Made by a program: the position numbers and the translations under genes. DNA of 64,000 nucleotides from a virus. Its lineage: Duplodnaviria; Caudoviricetes. Numbering within the stretch: the first letter of the stretch is position 1; every line of letters starts with the position of its first letter. The notes below the pieces were generated by a model. That model saw nothing but the letters and a program-made list of their open reading frames with translations. It did no database searches and was not told the origin of the DNA. This document shows positions 28,125-37,144 of the stretch, piece by piece. The DNA is taken from the IMG/VR virus record IMGVR_UViG_2754412371_000001, positions 1 to 64,000 of that record, one strand, 5' to 3'.

Positions 28125-28137
28125 TGTAGAAACCTCT

Positions 28138-29184
28138 TTACGCCGCCCGCTGCTGTCGTGCTGCCCAGCGTTCTCGGAACGGTTCAATGAAATGCCCGTA
28201 TTCACGTCGAATCGACGCGAACACCAGCCTGTCGCACAGGGCCTGGAACGCCTCTTCGTTCAGCGCCCCCGGTGTGATCGTTGTCTTCGTCGGGTCGGGA
28301 TGCGGCTGCTCAAGCAGGTTCATGAGACGCATGTTCCGCATCCAGTTCGCCCGAGCTTGGCCGGGCCACGCATCCGTGTGCTTCTTCTGCGCCCTCTTTA
28401 GTGCCTTCTCATCCCATTCAGGGTCGGCCTGGAACTGTGCTTCCCACTCTTCCTTCGTATACGGGCTGGTGCCTTGCCAGAGCCGCTTATGAGCCTTCAA
28501 GCGGGGAACGAACTCGCCCGCGTCGCATTGACGCCAGAACTCGGCCATCGACCTGAACTGCGCCATGAATTCCGGTGCTCCCTTCTCGCCGATGCCACCG
28601 GCGGGCGTGATGCTGTCGCTCGTATCCCCGATCAGCGCCTTGCCTTCGAGGTATTCGCGCGGGCTGAAGAACCCCGTTTGCTGGAAGAAGTCCTGGTGCG
28701 TCACGCGTTTTCCATCGTTGCGCGGATCGAACCAGGCGCAGCGTTCGTTTACCAGTTGAAGCCAGTCCGAGTCACCCGTGATGAGCTGGACGTGCCCACG
28801 TGCGGTGAGGCGCGGCACGAAGTAGCCGGCCAGGTCGTCGGCCTCGAGCGCAGAATTCGTCATTTGGGGGATCGCCAGATACTCCAGCGACTTCTTAATG
28901 AACGGGCCTTGCGCCTCATAGGCAGCGCGGTCTGCTGCTTTCTCGGGGTCGGCAAGGGCGTCCTTGCGCTTGCCCTTGTAGTCGGGATAGATCGCGTATC
29001 GATGGTCGGCGCGACCGTCCCACAGAACCAGCAAGTTCCAGCCGCGGTATTCACGCCCCACTGCCGACATCGTGCGCAGGAAGTTGTAAATCGCCTGGGT
29101 CTGAAACCGCCCGACTGTCAGCTTGGTCGCTGCATGCGCAGCACGACCGATCGAGTTGGCGTCGATTAGAACAGTGTTCGCCAC
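28138..29184 (-). CDS. 5'-3' exonuclease / flap endonuclease (T4 RNase H / T5 exo-like)
   Basis: LIDANS; WDG; YKG.R; EADD; GD.D..QL; GD.SD.I..GIGEK. Confidence 0.92.
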   Translation of the reverse strand: MANTVLIDANSIGRAAHAATKLTVGRFQTQAIYNFLRTMSAVGREYRGWNLLVLWDGRADHRYAIYPDYKGKRKDALADPEKAADRAAYEAQGPFIKKSLEYLAIPQMTNSALEADDLAGYFVPRLTARGHVQLITGDSDWLQLVNERCAWFDPRNDGKRVTHQDFFQQTGFFSPREYLEGKALIGDTSDSITPAGGIGEKGAPEFMAQFRSMAEFWRQCDAGEFVPRLKAHKRLWQGTSPYTKEEWEAQFQADPEWDEKALKRAQKKHTDAWPGQARANWMRNMRLMNLLEQPHPDPTKTTITPGALNEEAFQALCDRLVFASIRREYGHFIEPFRERWAARQQRAA

Positions 29185-29200
29185 TTCTCACCCCTGAATG

Positions 29201-29228
29201 AAAAAGCGGCGGGCTTGTGACCCGCCGC
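29201..29228 (-). terminator. Intrinsic terminator after SSB gene
   Basis: GCGGCGGG/CCCGCCGC stem plus U5 on the - strand. Confidence 0.7.
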
Positions 29229-29249
29229 AAGTTTCGACCTGCCTACCGC

Positions 29250-30374
29250 TTACTGCAGGCCGGCGAGAAGTGCGTCCAGCTCGGCATCGCCCGTCGAGGC
29301 GCCCGCAACAGCCGGTGCCGCCGGTGCCGCCGGCGCCGCCGGCGGCGCCGGCGGCGCCGGCGCGACTGCCGGTTGAGCAACCGCTGCAGCCGGTTGGGCA
29401 ACCGCTGCAGCCGGTTGGGCGACTGCCGGTTGAGCAACCGCTGCTGCGACTGCGGGCTGCGCAACGGCTGCGACAGCCGGTTGAGCAACCGCAGGCTGAA
29501 CGACCGCTGCCGCTTCAACCGCAACCGCCGGCTGTGCAACTGCCGCTGCCGCTGCCGCTGCCGCGACCACCGGAGGAGCTGCCGCCGCGCCCACACCGCC
29601 GATCAGTTGCGTCTCGTCGACTTCCCACGCTGCCGGTGCCGGCTGTGCCGCATACGGATTCGCCGCGATGGCGGCCGACGAGTAGCCAAGCGCCGCACCC
29701 GTCGGGGCCGGCAGACCCGCGATCGCACGAACCTGCGTCAGTGCGCGCTGTGCGGCCGCTTCGCTTTCCTGCTTCACGAAGTCGTCCAGGTTGTTCAGCT
29801 TCGTCAGCGCATCCGCCGGAACCGGCTTCGACCCGCCCGCGACCTGCACACCGTAGCGGGTGTCCTTACCGGCGCCCGACTTCTCGATGATGATGTCGCA
29901 GCCCGTGTTCGGATCCAGCAGGTTCGGCCATTCGTCGAACAGGCTGATGATGCCGCCCACGCCCTTGTTGCCGTTGAATACGGTCGGCGGGATTTCGAGG
30001 ATCTGCGGCACGCCGGCGTTCGTGCCGTCGAGTTCGAGGACGTTCAGCAGCACGCGGCCGCTTGCCTTCGATTCTTCGATGCGTTTCTTCGTCACGTCGT
30101 CCGTCGTCGACGCCATCGCGGTCGCGACTGCATCGCACACCTCGCACGGGCGACCGAACGTGCGATCCGTGCAGATGTAAACCGCCTTCACCTGGCCCGC
30201 AGCATCCTTGATGAAGTGCTGACCGAAGTCGTGATAGAAGAGCGGATCACCGTTCCCGCGCCAACCGGGCAGGATGCGGTAACGGTTGCGACCGGCCTTC
30301 GGCTTGATGGTCTTTTGACCACCCGTCTCGGCCTTACGCTTTTGGAGGAGTTCCATCAGTGCTGCGGTGCTCAT
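29250..30374 (-). CDS. gp32-like single-stranded DNA-binding protein
   Basis: RILP...HF....C......CEVC zinc motif; Ala-rich linker; acidic tail DAELDALLAGLQ like the T4 gp32 terminus. Confidence 0.78.
   Translation of the reverse strand: MSTAALMELLQKRKAETGGQKTIKPKAGRNRYRILPGWRGNGDPLFYHDFGQHFIKDAAGQVKAVYICTDRTFGRPCEVCDAVATAMASTTDDVTKKRIEESKASGRVLLNVLELDGTNAGVPQILEIPPTVFNGNKGVGGIISLFDEWPNLLDPNTGCDIIIEKSGAGKDTRYGVQVAGGSKPVPADALTKLNNLDDFVKQESEAAAQRALTQVRAIAGLPAPTGAALGYSSAAIAANPYAAQPAPAAWEVDETQLIGGVGAAAAPPVVAAAAAAAAVAQPAVAVEAAAVVQPAVAQPAVAAVAQPAVAAAVAQPAVAQPAAAVAQPAAAVAQPAVAPAPPAPPAAPAAPAAPAVAGASTGDAELDALLAGLQ
29310..29580 (-). repeat. Low-complexity tandem repeats (AVAQP, PAA) in SSB linker
   Basis: Repeated GCAGCCGGTTGRGCAACCGCT-like units and 9-bp GCCGGYGCC units. 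Confidence 0.8.
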
Positions 30375-30473
30375 GTAAGTTTCCTTGAACAGTTTCAGTG
30401 ACAGTTAAGTCGGAAGTTACGAACAGTTTGATTGACGGGCGGAGTGCTAGTCTGCCCGTCTCACATCATAATT

Positions 30474-30491
30474 ATAGTCAGTCGTGACTTA
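30474..30491 (-). promoter_or_regulatory. Motif copy ATAGTC-AGTCGT-GACTTA abutting TATAAT
   Basis: Upstream of SSB. Confidence 0.75.
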
Positions 30492-30518
30492 CTTTATAGA
30501 TTAAAACGAAGGCATCCG

Positions 30519-31160
30519 CTAGGATGCTTGCTGCATCCGCGCCTGCTCTGCGGCGAGCGCACGGTCGCGAGCGCTGGTCGTCGCGTTGTCGGCTTCACGC
30601 GCCTGCATGATCCGCAGTTGACCCTCGCGCTCGCGCCGGCGATCCACCGATACCTGCACGATCATGTCCTTGCGCTGCATGTAGGCTTCGCGAGCATCGT
30701 TCGCGATGTCGTAGAGCGCGCGGGCCTCGATCACCTTGGTTTGGGCCGCAATCATGCGCGGATCGGACTTCACCGCGTTCTCGACCATCTTCTCGGTCGC
30801 CTTCAGGCCGTCCAGAACGAACTTCTTGCGCCATGCGGAATCGAGCGTCGACTCCATCACGTCAGCGGCCAGCTTGCACTTCTCCCACTGACGCCTCGCC
30901 AACGCTGCCTGCTGTGCGTAATGCACGAACATCGGCGCCTGGCTGATGACGGCTTCGTCGAGATCGTTCGGATTGACCTGTAGATCGTGCTTGAGCTGCG
31001 CCGCGTCGACGAACACGCGCAGTCCATGTTCGTTCGGTTGGTCTGCCGGCACGGGCGCAGCCGGAGCCAGTTGTTCGACAGCACCTTCGACGGCCGGCTT
31101 GTCGATATTGCCCACCATCTGCGCCATCTGATTGACGGTCATTGCGGCGGTCTGAGTCAT
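30519..31160 (-). CDS. UvsY-like recombination mediator (putative)
   Basis: DL.....LDE......Y....helical body..D......A...R pattern like UvsY; next to SSB and near RecA. Confidence 0.55.
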   Translation of the reverse strand: MTQTAAMTVNQMAQMVGNIDKPAVEGAVEQLAPAAPVPADQPNEHGLRVFVDAAQLKHDLQVNPNDLDEAVISQAPMFVHYAQQAALARRQWEKCKLAADVMESTLDSAWRKKFVLDGLKATEKMVENAVKSDPRMIAAQTKVIEARALYDIANDAREAYMQRKDMIVQVSVDRRREREGQLRIMQAREADNATTSARDRALAAEQARMQQAS

Positions 31161-31174
31161 GATCGTTCCTTCTG

Positions 31175-34100
31175 TTACGAGATAAGTTCGGCGGTTTTCG
31201 CCGCCACGGTCTGCAATACGGAATACTTGCCCGGATCGTGATAGATCTGCGCCGGGTTGATGCCGAACACGATCGACGCATCGCGCTTCGGGTCATACAC
31301 GACCTTCCCTGCGAGCTCGGCGGTTGCCCCCTTCACGCTCGGCGCGAAGAATCGCGCTGAATTGCTCCCGAGCGTCACGATAACGGGCGGTTTCAGGATG
31401 TCGAGCTCACGCTGCAGGAATTCACTGCAGGCATTGATCTGCTCGTTCTTGAGCGTCTTCTGGTCCTTCGGCTTGCCGCTCTTCACCAGCGCCGTGAAGT
31501 AGCCGTCCTGCGGCGACAGCCCTGCCTCCTTCAGTGCGTTGATGAGCATCGCCGCGTTGTCGCCCTCGAGCAACTTGCCCGCCTTTTCCTCCTGCCAGTT
31601 CGGGTTGTCGGCGACCACCATGAACTTCGGCGTCTTACCCACGCGCGGCATCGGGTGGCAACCACCCGACAGCGAGCATTTATCGCAGCTGCGTGTTTCC
31701 TCAGCGAGCCGCACGATTTGCAGCAGGGCGAGCTTCTCGGCGTTCAGCGCGCGGTCAGCTTTCACAGTTTCGACCGCAAAACCCGGCAAGAGCTCAATTC
31801 GGTCTTTCTGCCGGTCAGGGTGCATAGCCGTTACGCGATCGCCTTCGCACTCAGCGAACGCACCGATGCGCGCGAGCTTCTCCTTCACCGCGGAGTTGAT
31901 GTGCCGGCCGGTATAGCCGGCAGACTTCAGCGCCGCATCAAAGTCGGTGCGGTTCGCGAATGGCCGCCCCCACTTTGCGCGCGCGTCGACGACATAGCCT
32001 GCTGCGTTCTCCGACATGCCCTTGAGCGCCTGGAACGGCGCATACAGCTTGTCTTCGCCGACGATTTCGACACGGGCGCTCGAATGGTTGATGTCCGGTG
32101 GCAGGACTTGAATGTTCATCCGGCGCGCCTCGGTCACCAGCAACTCGCGCTTCTCTTCCTTGTCGAGCTCCGTCAGCGACGCGGCGAAGAACTCCGCCGG
32201 GAAGTAGACCTTGAGCCACATCGTCCAGAACGAGATCACCGCATACTCGACTGAGTGCGATTTGTTGAAGGCGTAACCAGCGAACACCTCGATCTTGTCC
32301 CAGAGCATGCCTGCGGCGCGCTCGTCCATACCGGATACAGAGACGCAGCCAGATACGAACTTCTCGCGCATTTCGGCCATCTTCTCCTTGTCCTTCTTGC
32401 CCATTGCTTTCCGCAGGTGGTCTGCTTGGGCAAGCGTGAAGCCAGCAACGTCGCGGGCAACTTGCATCACCTGTTCCTGATACACGATCACACCGAACGT
32501 GTCTTTCAACGCAGGCGCCATATTCGGATGCTCGTAATACGGATGCTTCTTCCCCTGCTTGATGGCGATGTAGTCGTCGCACAGCCCGGCATCAAGCGGT
32601 CCCGGACGATACAGCGCGACCGCAGCGACCAAGTCATCGAACGTGACATCGCCAGCGAGCGCCATTTCGCGCAAAATGCGACGCATACCAGGCGATTCAA
32701 ACTGGAACACACCCGTCGTGTCACCCTGCCCGAACGCCTTCATCACCTTGGCGTCGTTAAGCGGCAGCTTCAACAGGTCGATGGTCTTGCCGTGACGCTC
32801 CTTGATGTAGTCGGAGGCAAGCTTCAGGACATCGAGGTTCGTCAGACCCAAGATGTCCATCTTGATGAGCCCCCAATCCTCGACCGACCGCTTGTCCCAA
32901 TTGCACACCGGGCCGCCCGTTCGGGTTTCGACAACCGCGCGGTTCACGATCGGCTCACCGGCCACAACGACGCCCGCTGCGTGCTGACCGAGGCCGCGCG
33001 CGGCGCCCTCAAGGTTTACGGCATGCTTCCAGACATCGGGGAACTTGTTTCGGAATTTGTCGATCTCGGGGACCACCGCGGCCGACTCTTCGAGCGACGC
33101 GGACACTCCATGCGTGCTTTCCATCTGCTTCGAACAGGCATAGTCGAACGGAGACAGGTCATGGACGCGCCCGCAATCACGAAGCGAGGACGCTGCGCCC
33201 AGCGTGTTGTAGTTGGAAATGCCTGCGACATTCTCCCGCCCGAAGTGCTCCACGATATATTCGATGACCTCGTGACGGCGCTTCGACATGAAGTCCAGGT
33301 CGGCGTCGGGCAAATCGAGACGCTCCGGGTTGATAAAGCGCTCGAACAGCAGATCGAACCGAATAGGATCGACGTCGGTGATACCCATCAGATACGCGAC
33401 GAGCGAGCCGCCCACCGAACCGCGGCCTGGCCCGACGATGATGCCGGCCTGCTTCGCCCACTGGACGATATGCTGCGTCAGCAGGAAGTAGCCGGAAAAA
33501 CCCAGCTTGCGCAAGGTATCGAGCTCATACGCAAGCCGTTGCTTGTATGCCGGCAGCTCGGACGCGTCGGGCTTGTGGCCCAGCACCGGCGCAGAGAACC
33601 GCTGCCGCCAGCCCACCGCGCATGCCTCCATCAGCGCCTTGAACTCGTCGTCGGCCATCTTGGGCAGACACGGATCCAGCTTCTTGAACTCGTATGTGCA
33701 GGCATCGGCGAGCTCCTGGTTGCCCTTCATCGCGTGCATCACCGGAAGGTCCAGATCCCGCGCGGCAACGACGATATCCGTCATCGGCTTCATGCAGAAG
33801 TCACGGGCATGCGGTCGCATGACGCGGCGATCGCCCATCTTGACGTCCCGCGCCTCGATGATGACTCGCATAACATCGAGCGTGTCGGCGTGCTCTTCGT
33901 TCGGGTAGAGCGCGGGCCAAGACAGAATCGCACTCATCCCGTGCTTGTTGATCATTTCCGTCGCGCGCTGGTTGATCGTGCGATACAGCGGCGTGTTGAG
34001 CGGCACGAGCTCCACGAACACCGGCATGCGGCGAAACAGGTCGACCAACACTTCCTCGTATTTCGTGTAATGGAACAGCCCGTAGAAGTCGCCAGTCGAA

Positions 34101-34534
34101 ATTATGCAGTCCTCGAGCTCGTAGAGCTCCTGCAAGCCGATACGCGAGTGGTAGTAGAAGTATTCCGCGCTGTTGGCCTTCGACAGCAGCTTCATGAGGC
34201 TGCGCATGCCGTTGTCGTTCTTCACATAGGCTTTCACCATGAAGAACGGGTTGGGCTTTTCAGCCTCACCGCTCGACTTCGCGGGCTTGCGGTAGGTCGG
34301 ATCCTCGTAGACGCGCAGCGTGCAGCCGATGATCGGCTTGACCCCCGCTTTCTGCGCCTTGCCGGCGAAGGTGACCATGTTGGAAACGGTCATGGTGTCG
34401 ACCAGCGCGAGCGAGGCGTAGCCCAGCTCCTTTGCGCGATCCACCATCTTGTCGACCTGCAGGATCGACTGCCCCATCGAGAAGTCGGATCGCGCATTCA
34501 GAAAGTGCCGTTGCAGACTCGTTGATACACTCAT
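31175..34534 (-). CDS. dnaE: DNA polymerase III alpha subunit with C-terminal UDG-family-4-like domain
   Basis: GPGRGSVGGSLVAY..GIT.VDP; FERFINPER..LPDADLD; HAAGVV; K.DILGL; GYAFNKSH; C-terminal CxxC.L...LINAL..AGL..C..FL.REL...P.VIV.LG. Confidence 0.95.
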   Translation of the reverse strand: MSVSTSLQRHFLNARSDFSMGQSILQVDKMVDRAKELGYASLALVDTMTVSNMVTFAGKAQKAGVKPIIGCTLRVYEDPTYRKPAKSSGEAEKPNPFFMVKAYVKNDNGMRSLMKLLSKANSAEYFYYHSRIGLQELYELEDCIISTGDFYGLFHYTKYEEVLVDLFRRMPVFVELVPLNTPLYRTINQRATEMINKHGMSAILSWPALYPNEEHADTLDVMRVIIEARDVKMGDRRVMRPHARDFCMKPMTDIVVAARDLDLPVMHAMKGNQELADACTYEFKKLDPCLPKMADDEFKALMEACAVGWRQRFSAPVLGHKPDASELPAYKQRLAYELDTLRKLGFSGYFLLTQHIVQWAKQAGIIVGPGRGSVGGSLVAYLMGITDVDPIRFDLLFERFINPERLDLPDADLDFMSKRRHEVIEYIVEHFGRENVAGISNYNTLGAASSLRDCGRVHDLSPFDYACSKQMESTHGVSASLEESAAVVPEIDKFRNKFPDVWKHAVNLEGAARGLGQHAAGVVVAGEPIVNRAVVETRTGGPVCNWDKRSVEDWGLIKMDILGLTNLDVLKLASDYIKERHGKTIDLLKLPLNDAKVMKAFGQGDTTGVFQFESPGMRRILREMALAGDVTFDDLVAAVALYRPGPLDAGLCDDYIAIKQGKKHPYYEHPNMAPALKDTFGVIVYQEQVMQVARDVAGFTLAQADHLRKAMGKKDKEKMAEMREKFVSGCVSVSGMDERAAGMLWDKIEVFAGYAFNKSHSVEYAVISFWTMWLKVYFPAEFFAASLTELDKEEKRELLVTEARRMNIQVLPPDINHSSARVEIVGEDKLYAPFQALKGMSENAAGYVVDARAKWGRPFANRTDFDAALKSAGYTGRHINSAVKEKLARIGAFAECEGDRVTAMHPDRQKDRIELLPGFAVETVKADRALNAEKLALLQIVRLAEETRSCDKCSLSGGCHPMPRVGKTPKFMVVADNPNWQEEKAGKLLEGDNAAMLINALKEAGLSPQDGYFTALVKSGKPKDQKTLKNEQINACSEFLQRELDILKPPVIVTLGSNSARFFAPSVKGATAELAGKVVYDPKRDASIVFGINPAQIYHDPGKYSVLQTVAAKTAELIS

Positions 34535-34549
34535 ATAAAGGGTTCCCGG

Positions 34550-35173
34550 TTAACAAACAGCAGTTTTCCCGACCGCGCCCGGCGCGCACACGATGCGGTC
34601 ACCCGCCAGTCGCGCGATACCGAGCGCAGGGAAAAGCGCCACCACAATCGACACGCGCGAAAACGCGGTGCCCTCGGACCAACCATAAACGCGGACATAC
34701 TCCGCGCGCAGCTTTGCTTTGGTGAACCCGCCGGCGAGCAGCATGTCGCCCGCGAGCCGCAGCCACGGTGCGCTCCCATTGCCGAAGGGGTTCTCGCCAT
34801 TCGCGACCCGGTAGCGCGCCCGCGCGTCCAAGCCGCGCTTGAGCATCGGCTTCAACACCTTGGCGACGCGCACCGGGACAGAGGCGAGCAGAGCTTCTTC
34901 CCGTGCACCCATCGTGAGATTGACTTTGAGCGACGCCATCGCGGGCGCCGCGATCGTTGTCATCGGGTTCGATGCGGGTGTCGACTGAGCAGTTACGACT
35001 TTTGCCGTGCGTTCCAGGTATGCGAGGTTCGTCGTGACGTCCATCTTCTTCGCCAGGGACATGAGCATCCCGTGACAAGCGGATACGCAACCGCCCTTCT
35101 CACCGCATGCGGAACACGTCTTGGATTCGGCGACGAAAACCGACGGCAAACCGTAGCAGCTCGGCGAAGCCAT
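34550..35173 (-). CDS. Hypothetical protein with N-terminal Cys cluster
   Basis: CYG...CxxC...C...C; start ATG 35173 overlapping upstream TAA. Confidence 0.65.
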   Translation of the reverse strand: MASPSCYGLPSVFVAESKTCSACGEKGGCVSACHGMLMSLAKKMDVTTNLAYLERTAKVVTAQSTPASNPMTTIAAPAMASLKVNLTMGAREEALLASVPVRVAKVLKPMLKRGLDARARYRVANGENPFGNGSAPWLRLAGDMLLAGGFTKAKLRAEYVRVYGWSEGTAFSRVSIVVALFPALGIARLAGDRIVCAPGAVGKTAVC

Positions 35174-35829
35174 TACAGCGCAACCCCATAGACACGCTCG
35201 AGCTCGGCCCTGACGCGATCGCACTCCGACTTCTTCAGGCTCAGGAACCGAAAGATCATGCGCAGCGTGATGTCCTTCGGCGGCAGCACCATGCGCTCGC
35301 ACGTCTCTTCGAAGAACGCCATGAATTCGGGCGTCTGGTGCAGCAGCAACGCCACAACGCGCTTCGCATTCGGGGTGAGCATCGCAATGTTTGCCAACCG
35401 CGACTGGCGACGCTCGAGCAGGCTCTCGGGCGTGTCTGCGTCTTCCTCTTCATCCTGGGACGAGAGGAACTCGTAGCTGTCGCCGCTACCGCCCTCGTCG
35501 AGCCCGTCGCCTGCCAGCGCCTCGGTGCTCACCAGACCGAGTCTCGTTCGCTCTTCGATCATGCGCTCGGCCCACTTGTTGAAGTTGTTCCAGCACGACT
35601 GACCGAAGTAGGCAGAGAATTTCCAGCCCTTGGTCGGATCAAAGGTGGAGATACAGCGGACGAGGCTTTCGGTCATCTGCTGATAGACGTCCTCGTAATC
35701 AACCGAGACACCTGCTTCCGCGAGTCGGCCGAACCCCTTCTTCGCGAACTTATGGAGAAGACCGATGTTGTCGGTGTAGTAGGCACTGCGGGCGGCCGTA
35801 GCCGCCCTCGTTTCTGCGTGGGCAAGCAT
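35173..35829 (-). CDS. Sigma-70-family RNA polymerase sigma factor-like protein
   Basis: Region 2-like NIGLL.K.A....YED..Q.....L......FDPTKG.KFSAY; C-terminal region-4-like helices. Confidence 0.72.
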   Translation of the reverse strand: MLAHAETRAATAARSAYYTDNIGLLHKFAKKGFGRLAEAGVSVDYEDVYQQMTESLVRCISTFDPTKGWKFSAYFGQSCWNNFNKWAERMIEERTRLGLVSTEALAGDGLDEGGSGDSYEFLSSQDEEEDADTPESLLERRQSRLANIAMLTPNAKRVVALLLHQTPEFMAFFEETCERMVLPPKDITLRMIFRFLSLKKSECDRVRAELERVYGVAL

Positions 35830-35838
35830 GGCCGGTCC

Positions 35839-37029
35839 TTAGCTGGTGAAGATGCGCGATGCGACGCCGTCGACGACTTGACGATCAACGGGCGAAAGTT
35901 TGTTGATGAAGGCGAGCGTCAGGCCGGCGCGCCAGCTGCCCTTGCGCAGCCCGATATCGGCTGCATCGATCAGGCAGCGCGGCGAGATCGTGTTGCTGAT
36001 TTCCTTCGACCGATACGAATCGCGCACCATGTTCGCGAACTGCACCAGTTTTTGTGCCTGGTCCGACTTGATCTTCGACCGGTTCACGAGGATCAATTGC
36101 TCGAGCTCAGGCTTCATGTAGGTCGCCTCAATGACCATGCCAAACCGGTCGAAGTTCGCAGCGTTCTGAATCTGCGTGCCCTGATACAGGCCCGTGTCGT
36201 CACCGGAGCCGTTCGTGTTGCCCGTCGCAACGAATCGGAAGTTCGGGTGTGGCTTCACGACGCGCCACTCCGGCGACGCATCTTTAATAATTAGTGACTT
36301 ACCGTATTCGAGAATAGGCTGATACACAGCGAGGACGGCCGGCAACCCGAAGTCGTATTCGTCGGCGAGATAGATCCAGCCATGACGCATCGCGAGCGGC
36401 AGCAGGCCGGGCTCGAAGACGGTTTCACCGTTACGCACGACCCACTGGCCGAGCACATGCGCTTCTTCGGTGCCGATCGAGTGCTGGATGCGAACGACGG
36501 GTCGCCCGGTGCGTGCCGCGATCTGCTCGACGAGCGTCGTCTTGCCCGTCCCAGCGTGGCCCCAGACAAACAGGTTCTTTCCGAGTTCGATCGCCATCAA
36601 GGCGTTCTTGAGGTTGTCCACGTCGAAGATGAAGCCGCTGTCGACAGCGGGCACAAATTCGGGATTCGACGGGTTGGCAAAGACCGTCACGGGGATCGGC
36701 TGACCGCGTCCATTCTTGCCGGCCGGCGCGTCACCGAGCCCAAAGACTTCATGCAGAGCGCCTGTCGTCTCCCCGTTCGGATTGAGCGCGGTGACATTCG
36801 CCGGCATTGCGCTGCCGGCCATAGCGACCGCCGGCGCGGCGCTGCCCTGCTCTGCCAGGCGCTTTGCGATCGCAGACTTCGCGACCTCAGACAGAACCGG
36901 CGCATTCGGATACTGAGCCTGATACTGGTGAAGCGTCATGTCTTCATGCTTGTCCTTCAGGTGCAGCTCAACCGAATGGATCATCGCGCCGCAGATGGCG
37001 CAAGCGATCTTGCCGTTGGACTCGTTCAT
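35839..37029 (-). CDS. cobS: CobS/MoxR-like AAA+ ATPase with N-terminal C2H2 zinc finger
   Basis: GHAGTGKT; LADEYD; PHPNFRF.ATGN.NGSGD.TG.Y.G...N.A..DRF; ISPR; N-terminal CAIC...HL..KH. Confidence 0.88.
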   Translation of the reverse strand: MNESNGKIACAICGAMIHSVELHLKDKHEDMTLHQYQAQYPNAPVLSEVAKSAIAKRLAEQGSAAPAVAMAGSAMPANVTALNPNGETTGALHEVFGLGDAPAGKNGRGQPIPVTVFANPSNPEFVPAVDSGFIFDVDNLKNALMAIELGKNLFVWGHAGTGKTTLVEQIAARTGRPVVRIQHSIGTEEAHVLGQWVVRNGETVFEPGLLPLAMRHGWIYLADEYDFGLPAVLAVYQPILEYGKSLIIKDASPEWRVVKPHPNFRFVATGNTNGSGDDTGLYQGTQIQNAANFDRFGMVIEATYMKPELEQLILVNRSKIKSDQAQKLVQFANMVRDSYRSKEISNTISPRCLIDAADIGLRKGSWRAGLTLAFINKLSPVDRQVVDGVASRIFTS

Positions 37030-37107
37030 TCGTTCCCCCGTGTTCAACACGAAAAATTCAAGAAATTAAGCGATTGGTGAATAATAGAGGTGCCCACTTG
37101 GATTTGT

Positions 37108-37125
37108 AAAGTCACTTTTTACTTA
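37108..37125. promoter_or_regulatory. Motif copy AAAGTC-ACTTTT-TACTTA
   Basis: Between cobT and cobS, next to TTTACA-N18-TATTAT. Confidence 0.7.
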
Positions 37126-37144
37126 TCCTTTCGGGCGTAAAAAA

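Noticed and set aside
29243-29596. Poly-Arg ORFs overlapping the SSB gene
   Set aside because: Alternative-frame readings of GC-rich Ala/Pro repeats
32255-34525. Long + strand ORFs (e.g. 756 aa here; also 9542-10849, 15121-16335, 21891-23282, 42459-43835)
   Set aside because: Antisense shadows of real - strand genes, caused by GC-rich codon bias; no motifs or SD
17716-34534. Inteins or introns in nrdA, recA or dnaE
   Set aside because: Lengths are normal, and no splice-junction or homing-endonuclease motifs were seen
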